Below, one piece after another: positions 53,740-64,000 of a stretch of DNA of 64,000 nucleotides; the stretch's first letter is position 1, and each line of letters begins with the position of its first letter. A model generated the notes under the pieces. That model was not told the DNA's origin and searched no databases. It saw nothing but the letters and a program-made list of their open reading frames with translations. Origin of the DNA: Balanoglossus misakiensis (taxonomy: Eukaryota; Animalia; Hemichordata); contig CM082593.2 of NCBI GenBank assembly GCA_040954595.2, forward strand, positions 1,831,730 through 1,895,729. The letters run 5' to 3'. Made by a program: the position numbers and the translations under genes.

Positions 53740-56700
53740 ATGCCGAAGTGTCCAAAATGCGAGAAAGAAGTCTATTTTGGTAAGACATTAGCCTCATATT
53801 TCACGTTTGGGTTTTCAAAAAAGCGTACTCTTTATTCACATCACCTTTCAGGTGAACTTTCTCAGCGTCCCATGACAAGTACTGTCTCCAACCTTTGTCC
53901 GATCTTCTTTATCGCTTGCTTGCATTCGCGCCTTACCCGCCGTGACAATTCTGTCAACCACGCTGATTTGTACCTCGTTTCCGGGGCAACGAGAGATTAG
54001 CAGTCGCATCACCGTTCAACTATCATTTTCTCTCGCGACCTCACCAGCTACGTCACGAGTTTGTACGTGCGCAGTTTTTATTGAGTCCCCCCCCCCCCCC
54101 AAAGTCCAGTCAACTTTGCCAATCTGTAATGCTGGGGCCGAAGTGAGGTTGACCGAGTTTCCTTATCTCCTCAACCCAGGGCGAAAAGCTCAGGAAGGTC
54201 AAAGTTCAATTGCTACTTCAACTGGGCAAGTGAACAACACGTCACAGGAAATTCAAATATTTTACTGCTTTATTGAAATAGAACGAACAATGAACAGTTT
54301 TCCTACTGCAGCTGCTGTGCTTCTGTAGGGCGTCAATGCTGTATGAACATATCATTATCAGTTTACAGTTTTTTACACTGCAATAACTGACGTAGGGAAA
54401 TTTATGTCACAGTTGTTTGGGAACACCCCAGGTGTCAAAATTCGTCTCCAGTCTCGGTTGGGTGAATGGTGTTACCCGCATATACAGTAAGAATATAGAC
54501 ACATTGACAATTGTACACTTACAAAGCAAACTTCGCGATAATAAACACTTCGAGTTGGCAGACATTCCAGAGCTGCTACCGCATGCGCACGATTTCCTTT
54601 CAAAAACACGCACCTGGGACGGATCATCCCACGATGACGTCACACAGCCGAAAGCAGCGACGACTCAAGGATGAATGTATGACACATGACCATGGATGAC
54701 TGCGTTTGTCCCTCGCTTGTCTTTTTCTGCGTGTACGGCGGTGAACCATAGTACACCCGATGCATATTGCGCGTCTACATGGAATGACAATTAGTGTCAC
54801 ACATTCCACCAATGAACACTGATAATATGACCATGGATCCATTTTTAGATTTAATACTGACACAATAGGCCCACTCACAATAAATCTTGTCAAGACTGAC
54901 AGTTGCATTTGTTTTCTGTGCATCGTGATGACTTGATAGAACTGAAATTAACACTTTGTCGGGGTGTAGATGAAACAAAGCTAGGAGATTTTCAAGGCCC
55001 ACTGTTATGTTTAACACCAAGCTTACACTTGAAAAGTGCGCGTTATGTCACGATACATTTTGCGTTTACTTGTGAATGCAGAATAGTGACTTTTGGTCGA
55101 CGCCCTCTGTTCGGCAGGGATATTCCACAGACAGTCTATGGCACATCCATATAACTACCTGTTGATTCGAACACCACATGAGCCATACTGTTGACCCGTC
55201 GCCTGTTTTCCACATAACCACAATGTCTTCTTGGGAACTGCTGTATACCGTATCGTGTTTGGAGACATGGTCGGTGAGTGACCGCATTCAGAGACGTACC
55301 GCTTTACTGTAAATAATCAAAGGTGCTGGCTTTTGAGTCTCGAGAGGCCTCGCTCATCAAGAACAATTTTGAAAATGTGAGATGTCCATCACCTCAGCGC
55401 AGTTGCTATGGAGATCACAGATTGTTGCCCATGGTGACATGTTATGTTTCCATGTTTCCCAATCTAGCTACGATCGCAATAAGTACACCATGTTTATTCT
55501 GGATAAACTCTTATTAAAACCAGGTTTAGTTTTTCACCGATTCTTCTGACAAACAATCTAAACGGATCAGGGTGCCGATACATACTGGTGTATCGAAGAC
55601 AGTCAACATTTTTTATTTGAAATTTCGGTCAAAGACAACTGTGTGACTCCGTGGCGTGTTCGGACCATATCACTTATAGCCAGGACGCCGGCCCAAAACC
55701 CCGACTCGGCCAATTTGATATTAGCTCGCATATCTTCGTTCAAATTTACAACTGGTTGTATTCTTTTCACAACGCAACGCAGAAGTGTTTACTTAATTTC
55801 CAGTGACCACCCACTAAACAACCAGTATTATTGATAAACAGTGACCTGCCTAGAGGCCGAGTAGGGTTTGTGACACGTCACGACCTTTTAAAATACTTTC
55901 AAGCTATGATAGACGAGTCTTGGTAAACTATGAGGTGATTCGTCGTTACCCGAGCCTTTATGATGCTGACAGATCCAAAATACAGAAGCCGGGGGCAAAT
56001 TATAAATTTCCTGCATTTCAGGCCAACAAATAAACTACTAGTATTATTACCAAAGACTACTGTTCTACATGATTTACGGTATTGCTATAACCGTGTCCTT
56101 TGGAATCAACACCCACATCATCAAAATAAGACTTTGGTCGATTTTAAGGTGGGGCCCATTTCGAATGCTTTCAAACTCACAGCCCCTCCTTCGCGCAAGG
56201 GTCGTCTCCTACGCTTTCAAAAAGCCAAAAACAGGAGAAAAACAGAAGTGCGTGAGAACAGTGACTACGCCCATCCTTTCACTGACGTCATCGGAGAGGT
56301 CAGTCTGTTGAGACGACACAAACTTTCTGTGACCCCGATCTACACGACATACTTAAGTATCTATGAATAGCATCACCAGCAGTAGTATGCATGGTTCCTT
56401 TTCCCATATATCTAGAACCTAACCTAGCGGCAAAAGCGAAAAAAAACCACGCAGGCTAGGTTCTAGAAATCTACTACCGAATGAGCTGTACTAGCAAATG
56501 TAGTAGCAGATGGCAGCAGCGTGCGTCCCCGATAGACCCAGAGGCATAAACCCGTCAATAAATATTCGTAGATGGCGCTGTAAATGATTCGACAAAGATG
56601 AGATCAGAATACTGACACTTGGAAGTGCACATCCCCAAGGCTCTGGCCTTGGACTAAGCATAGACCCTGGAGCCTATGGATCAAGCTAAATTATGCAATC

Positions 56701-57577
56701 AATGGCTCAAGCACATACTGCTGTCTCCTCCTAAAAGTGACACTCCCCACACCCACAATCGACTGACCAGATGCTTTGCGTCATGAACAAACATATGTTC
56801 GATGTTTAGGTGTAATCATGCACTGTGTTTCTTTTTATTTCAGCTGAAAAGAAAACCTCGCTCGGCAAAGATTGGCACGCATTCTGCCTAAAATGTGATA
56901 AATGCAACAAAACTCTAACCCCAGGGAGTCATTCAGAGGTAAGTACTGTACTCCTTAGCTTGGTGGCAAAATGGCTTCAATAAAACACTGGCATTAGAAT
57001 CACACACTGAGTATAGTGATAAACAATGTAAATGACATAATGTCTTTGTTTTACAGCATGGCGGTAAACCCTTCTGTAATCCCTGCTATGGGGCACAGTT
57101 TGGACCCGGAGGTGAGCAATATCAACAAGATTTTATAAGGGGCATGAAACCTATCTTGTGAAAGATATCCCCGACAATTATACACTTTATCCCCGTTTCG
57201 TAACGTGTTTTAGTATTTCAATGAGTTTGTAAGTACAGTTTTGTGCAATGCACCTTTAGCTCTGTTGGTTTCAAAGTAATTAGGTGAGGGGCTCAGTTGA
57301 ATCCACCACTAACACCTAAAACATTGTGTTTATATTCGTGCATTTGTCATAAGACATATTCAGAGAGAGAGAGAGAGAGAGAGAGAGCAAAGCAGCGCCC
57401 TTGGTGGTGATTTGGACAAAATGTCTTACCAATTAGAAATCTATAAATGTACATTTATATCGATTACTAGCTTTCTGTCTTTGTGAGGTACTATACGTTT
57501 ATCAGTTCAATGCTTCTTCCTCTTTCCCAGGTGTCCGTTCGGGAACGAGTGGTGCCGACAGCTACGTGAAAAAATAG
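53740..57577 (+). CDS. CRIP1: Cysteine-rich (intestinal) protein, single LIM domain, CRIP1-like paralog B, 78 aa
   Basis: Exons 53740-53779, 56844-56938, 57057-57111, 57531-57577 give [78 protein letters not shown]. The start is nearly identical to vertebrate CRIP1 (MPKCPKC.KEVYFAE). AATAAA near 57717 and 58003. Confidence 0.94.
57362..57387. repeat. (GA)n microsatellite
   Basis: Directly visible in CRIP paralog B intron 3. Confidence 0.9.
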
Positions 57578-58009
57578 CGTGTCTGCTCGTCCATACTCCG
57601 TGATGACGTCACTTGAATATGCGGTTCAAACAGCCATGGACGCGTCTTCATAACAATAGTTTGACTTTTTATGAGAATTTTTAGTTTGGTAATTATACTA
57701 GGACAATAATGTGCACAATAAATTTTGTCAGGAAAAACAAGTTATGTCCAAAAGGAAATCTTATTGCATCACAAAAGTAACATTTTATGTTTGTTTTGGC
57801 GTTTGATTCTTTAAGATCTCATCTGTACATTTGTTTACTTCAATACCAAGCAAATCTAGGCGATACCCTTTATTTACTAAGATACGATAACTGTGTATGC
57901 GCCCAATATACGCCGTCTCTTTTCATAAAATGTACAATTTACTTTCAAGAAACATTGAACCACGTTGTGTATTATTTTTCACAAGGGAATTAAAATGGGA
58001 AAAATAAAT

Positions 58010-58335
58010 TTGCGTATTTTGGTGTTTTTGTCATTTCTGAAAATTTCATAGGTTCGTAGGGCAAAAAAATGTCCGTTAGCACAACGGTCAGAGAGAGTTT
58101 TCCAATTTTGAGAATTTCGGTCAATTTAGTGTTTTGGTCATTTCTGGACATATTTCATGGGTTATATCTCATAAAAATTGTCAAAAATCGACGATTTTCC
58201 GACTTCGCGGATTTTGGGAATTTTTGTCATTTCTGCACATTTTTCATGGGTTATAGCTCATGAAAATCATCAAAAAATGACAATTTTTCGACTTTGCGAA
58301 ATCTTGAAAAATCGTCGATTTTTATCAAGAAATGA
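58010..58335 (-). repeat. Diverged, inverted satellite-related units at the array border
   Basis: 58245-58302 is a near reverse complement of the monomer. A more decayed copy starts at 58156 (89-bp spacing), and fainter GTCATTTCTG..TTTCAT traces extend back to ~58010. Confidence 0.85.
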
Positions 58336-61300
58336 CCAAATTTTGAAATTTCGCGAAGTCGAAAAATTGACATTTCTGGATGATTTTCATGAGCTATAAC
58401 CCATGGTTTTTGTCGAAAAACCACCAAATTTTGAAATTTCGCGAAGTCGAAAAATTGACATTTCTGGATGATTTTCATGAGCTATAACCCATGGTTTTTG
58501 TCGAAAAACCACCAAATTTTGAAATTTCGCGAAGTCGAAAAATTGACATTTCTGGATGATTTTCATGAGCTATAACCCATGGTTTTTGTCGAAAAACCAC
58601 CAAATTTTGAAATTTCGCGAAGTCGAAAAATTGACATTTCTGGATGATTTTCATGAGCTATAACCCATGGTTTTTGTCAAAAAACCACCAAATTTTGAAA
58701 TTTCGCGAAGTCGAAAAATTGACATTTCTGGATGATTTTCATGAGCTATAACCCATGGTTTTTGTCGAAAAACCACCAAATTTTGAAATTTCGCGAAGTC
58801 GAAAAATTGACATTTCCGGATGATTTTCATGAGCTATAACCCATGGTTTTTGTCGAAAAACCACCAAATTTTGAAATTTCGCGAAGTCGAAAAATTGACA
58901 TTTCCGGATGATTTTCATGAGCTATAACCCATGGTTTTTGTCGAAAAACCACCAAATTTTGAAATTTCGCGAAGTCGAAAAATTGACATTTCCGGATGAT
59001 TTTCATGAGCTATAACCCATGGTTTTTGTCGAAAAACCACCAAATTTTGAAATTTCGCGAAGTCGAAAAATTGACATTTCTGGATGATTTTCATGAGCTA
59101 TAACCCATGGTTTTTGTCGAAAAACCACCAAATTTTGAAATTTCGCGAAGTCGAAAAATTGACATTTCTGGATGATTTTCATGAGCTATAACCCATGGTT
59201 TTTGTCGAAAAACCACCAAATTTTGAAATTTCGCGAAGTCGAAAAATTGACATTTCTGGATGATTTTCATGAGCTATAACCCATGGTTTTTGTCGAAAAA
59301 CCACCAAATTTTGAAATTTCGCGAAGTCGAAAAATTGACATTTCTGGATGATTTTCATGAGCTATAACCCATGGTTTTTGTCGAAAAACCACCAAATTTT
59401 GAAATTTCGCGAAGTCGAAAAATTGACATTTCTGGATGATTTTCATGAGCTATAACCCATGGTTTTTGTCGAAAAACCACCAAATTTTGAAATTTCGCGA
59501 AGTCGAAAAATTGACATTTCTGGATGATTTTCATGAGCTATAACCCATGGTTTTTGTCGAAAAACCACCAAATTTTGAAATTTCGCGAAGTCGAAAAATT
59601 GACATTTCTGGATGATTTTCATGAGCTATAACCCATGGTTTTTGTCGAAAAACCACCAAATTTTGAAATTTCGCGAAGTCGAAAAATTGACATTTCTGGA
59701 TGATTTTCATGAGCTATAACCCATGGTTTTTGTCGAAAAACCACCAAATTTTGAAATTTCGCGAAGTCGAAAAATTGACATTTCTGGATGATTTTCATGA
59801 GCTATAACCCATGGTTTTTGTCGAAAAACCACCAAATTTTGAAATTTCGCGAAGTCGAAAAATTGACATTTCTGGATGATTTTCATGAGCTATAACCCAC
59901 TACATGGTTTTTGTCGAAAAACCACCAAATTTTGAAATTTCGCGAAGTCGAAAAATTGACATTTCTGGATGATTTTCATGAGCTATAACCCATGGTTTTT
60001 GTCGAAAAACCACCAAATTTTGAAATTTCGCGAAGTCGAAAAATTGACATTTCTGGATGATTTTCATGAGCTATAACCCATGGTTTTTGTCGAAAAACCA
60101 CCAAATTTTGAAATTTCGCGAAGTCGAAAAATTGACATTTCTGGATGATTTTCATGAGCTATAACCCATGGTTTTTGTCGAAAAACCACCAAATTTTGAA
60201 ATTTCGCGAAGTCGAAAAATTGACATTTCTGGATGATTTTCATGAGCTATAACCCATGGTTTTTGTCGAAAAACCACCAAATTTTGAAAATCCGCGAAGT
60301 CGAAAAATTGACATTTCTGGATGATTTTCATGGGCTATAACCCATGGTTTTTGTCGAAAAACCACCAAATTTTGAAATTTCGCGAAGTCGAAAAATTGAC
60401 ATTTCTGGATGATTTTCATGAGCTATAACCCATGGTTTTTGTCGAAAAACCACCAAATTTTGAAATTTCGCGAAGTCGAAAAATTGACATTTCTGGATGA
60501 TTTTCATGAGCTATAACCCATGGTTTTTGTCGAAAAACCACCAAATTTTGAAATTTCGCGAAGTCGAAAAATTGACATTTCTGGATGATTTTCATGAGCT
60601 ATAACCCATGGTTTTTGTCGAAAAACCACCAAATTTTGAAATTTCGCGAAGTCGAAAAATTGACATTTCTGGATGATTTTCATGAGCTATAACCCATGGT
60701 TTTTGTCGAAAAACCACCAAATTTTGAAATTTCGCGAAGTCGAAAAATTGACATTTCTGGATGATTTTCATGAGCTATAACCCATGGTTTTTGTCGAAAA
60801 ACCACCAAATTTTGAAATTTCGCGAAGTCGAAAAATTGACATTTCTGGATGATTTTCATGAGCTATAACCCACTACATGGTTTTTGTCGAAAAACCACCA
60901 AATTTTGAAATTTCGCGAAGTCGAAAAATTGACATTTCTGGATGATTTTCATGAGCTATAACCCATGGTTTTTGTCGAAAAACCACCAAATTTTGAAATT
61001 TCGCGAAGTCGAAAAATTGACATTTCTGGATGATTTTCATGAGCTATAACCCATGGTTTTTGTCGAAAAACCACCAAATTTTGAAATTTCGCGAAGTCGA
61101 AAAATTGACATTTCTGGATGATTTTCATGAGCTATAACCCATGGTTTTTGTCGAAAAACCACCAAATTTTGAAATTTCGCGAAGTCGAAAAATTGACATT
61201 TCTGGATGATTTTCATAAGCTATAACCCATGGTTTTTGTCGAAAAACCACCAAATTTTGAAATTTCGCGAAGTCGAAAAATTGACATTTCTGGATGATTT

Positions 61301-64000
61301 TCATGAGCTATAACCCATGGTTTTTGTCGAAAAACCACCAAATTTTGAAATTTCGCGAAGTCGAAAAATTGACATTTCTAGATGATTTTCATGAGCTATA
61401 ACCCATGGTTTTTGTCGAAAAACCACCAAATTTTGAAATTTCGCGAAGTCGAAAAATTGACATTTCTGGATGATTTTCATGAGCTATAACCCACTACATG
61501 GTTTTTGTCGAAAAACCACCAAATTTTGAAATTTCGCGAAGTCGAAAAATTGACATTTCTGGATGATTTTCATGAGCTATAACCCATGGTTTTTGTCGAA
61601 AAACCACCAAATTTTGAAATTTCGCGAAGTCGAAAAATTGACATTTCTGGATGATTTTCCTGAGCTATAACCCATGGTTTTTGTCGAAAAACCACCAAAT
61701 TTTGAAATTTCGCGAAGTCGAAAAATTGACATTTCTGGATGATTTTCCTGAGCTATAACCCATGGTTTTTGTCGAAAAACCACCAAATTTTGAAATTTCG
61801 CGAAGTCGAAAAATTGACATTTCTGGATGATTTTCATGAGCTATAACCCATGGTTTTTGTCGAAAAACCACCAAATTTTGAAATTTCGCGAAGTCGAAAA
61901 ATTGACATTTCTGGATGATTTTCATGAGCTATAACCCATGGTTTTTGTCGAAAAACCACCAAATTTTGAAATTTCGCGAAGTCGAAAAATTGACATTTCT
62001 GGATGATTTTCATGAGCTATAACCCATGGTTTTTGTCGAAAAACCACCAAATTTTGAAATTTCGCGAAGTCGAAAAATTGACATTTCTGGATGATTTTCA
62101 TGAGCTATAACCCATGGTTTTTGTCGAAAAACCACCAAATTTTGAAATTTCGCGAAGTCGAAAAATTGACATTTCTGGATGATTTTCATGAGCTATAACC
62201 CATGGTTTTTGTCGAAAAACCACCAAATTTTGAAATTTCGCGAAGTCGAAAAATTGACATTTCTGGATGATTTTCATGAGCTATAACCCATGGTTTTTGT
62301 CGAAAAACCACCAAATTTTGAAATTTCGCGAAGTCGAAAAATTGACATTTCTGGATGATTTTCATGAGCTATAACCCATGGTTTTTGTCGAAAAACCACC
62401 AAATTTTGAAATTTCGCGAAGTCGAAAAATTGACATTTCTGGATGATTTTCATGAGCTATAACCCATGGTTTTTGTCGAAAAACCACCAAATTTTGAAAT
62501 TTCGCGAAGTCGAAAAATTGACATTTCTGGATGATTTTCATGAGCTATAACCCATGGTTTTTGTCGAAAAACCACCAAATTTTGAAATTTCGCGAAGTCG
62601 AAAAATTGACATTTCTGGATGATTTTCATGAGCTATAACCCATGGTTTTTGTCGAAAAACCACCAAATTTTGAAATTTCGCGAAGTCGAAAAATTGACAT
62701 TTCTGGATGATTTTCATGAGCTATAACCCATGGTTTTTGTCGAAAAACCACCAAATTTTGAAATTTCGCGAAGTCGAAAAATTGACATTTCTGGATGATT
62801 TTCATGAGCTATAACCCATGGTTTTTGTCGAAAAACCACCAAATTTTGAAATTTCGCGAAGTCGAAAAATTGACATTTCTGGATGATTTTCATGAGCTAT
62901 AACCCATGGTTTTTGTCGAAAAACCACCAAATTTTGAAATTTCGCGAAGTCGAAAAATTGACATTTCTGGATGATTTTCATGAGCTATAACCCATGGTTT
63001 TTGTCGAAAAACCACCAAATTTTGAAATTTCGCGAAGTCGAAAAATTGACATTTCTGGATGATTTTCATGAGCTATAACCCATGGTTTTTGTCGAAAAAC
63101 CACCAAATTTTGAAATTTCGCGAAGTCGAAAAATTGACATTTCTGGATGATTTTCATGAGCTATAACCCATGGTTTTTGTCGAAAAACCACCAAATTGTG
63201 AAATTTCGCGAAGTCGAAAAATTGACATTTCTGGATGATTTTCATGAGCTATAACCCATGGTTTTTGTCGAAAAACCACCAAATTTTTGAAATTTCGCGA
63301 AGTCGAAAAATTGACATTTCTGGATGATTTTCATGAGCTATAACCCATGGTTTTTGTCGAAAAACCACCAAATTTTGAAATTTCGCGAAGTCGAAAAATT
63401 GACATTTCTGGATGATTTTCATGAGCTATAACCCATGGTTTTTGTCGAAAAACCACCAAATTTTGAAATTTCGCGAAGTCGAAAAATTGACATTTCTGGA
63501 TGATTTTCATGAGCTATAACCCATGGTTTTTGTCGAAAAACCACCAAATTTTGAAATTTCGCGAAGTCGAAAAATTGACATTTCTGGATGATTTTCATGA
63601 GCTATAACCCATGGTTTTTGTCGAAAAACCACCAAATTTTGAAATTTCGCGAAGTCGAAAAATTGACATTTCTGGATGATTTTCATGAGCTATAACCCAT
63701 GGTTTTTGTCGAAAAACCACCAAATTTTGAAATTTCGCGAAGTCGAAAAATTGACATTTCTGGATGATTTTCCTGAGCTATAACCCATGGTTTTTGTCGA
63801 AAAACCACCAAATTTTTACTCATCACGAATTTCACGAAGTCGAAAAATTGACATTTCTGGATGATTTTCCTGAGCTATAACCCATGGTTTTTGTCGAAAA
63901 ACCACCAAATTTTGAAATTTCGCGAAGTCGAAAAATTGACATTTCTGGATGATTTTCCTGAGCTATAACCCATGGTTTTGTCGAAAAACCACCAAATTTT
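58336..64000. repeat. Tandem satellite array, 88-bp monomer, ~64 copies, truncated by the window end
   Basis: Unit CCATGGTTTTTGTCGAAAAACCACCAAATTTTGAAATTTCGCGAAGTCGAAAAATTGACATTTCTGGATGATTTTCATGAGCTATAAC repeats head-to-tail from 58401 at 88-bp period, with a partial unit from ~58336 and very few variants. Confidence 0.99.

Noticed and set aside
58069-61925. ORFs within the satellite and its border (MKIIQKCQFF... etc.)
   Set aside because: Translations of the repeat. The longer ones arise only where a variant removes a stop codon.
58401-64000. CRISPR array
   Set aside because: Units are contiguous and near-identical with no unique spacers, there are no cas genes, and the context is eukaryotic. 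It is a satellite.

Overview
Eukaryotic, AT-rich, intron-containing genomic DNA, probably from an invertebrate animal (a hemichordate/ambulacrarian-like deuterostome is my inference only). I reconstructed five spliced protein-coding genes by hand: (1) a divergent SLC4A11/BTR1-like transporter (minus, 18 coding exons, 16092-35859, about 987 aa); (2) ATAD1/Msp1 AAA-ATPase (minus, 8 coding exons, 42037-44155, about 368 aa, first coding intron is GC-AG); (3) NOLC1/Nopp140 (plus, 5 exons, 44833-48105, about 792 aa), head-to-head with ATAD1; (4,5) two tandem single-LIM CRIP1-like paralogs (plus, 49625-52089 and 53740-57577). The last ~5.7 kb is a very homogeneous 88-bp satellite array that runs off the window edge. 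It begins at an inverted-repeat junction, and each monomer looks like two diverged ~44-bp subunits in opposite orientation. The first ~15 kb has no recognisable gene, only degenerate repeats. Introns carry a palindromic MITE with a 9-bp TSD, a decayed Penelope-like retroelement and microsatellites. I found no clearly novel multi-gene system. The best leads are the satellite's architecture and origin, the substituted substrate pocket of the SLC4A11-like protein, and the structured NOLC1 intron 1.
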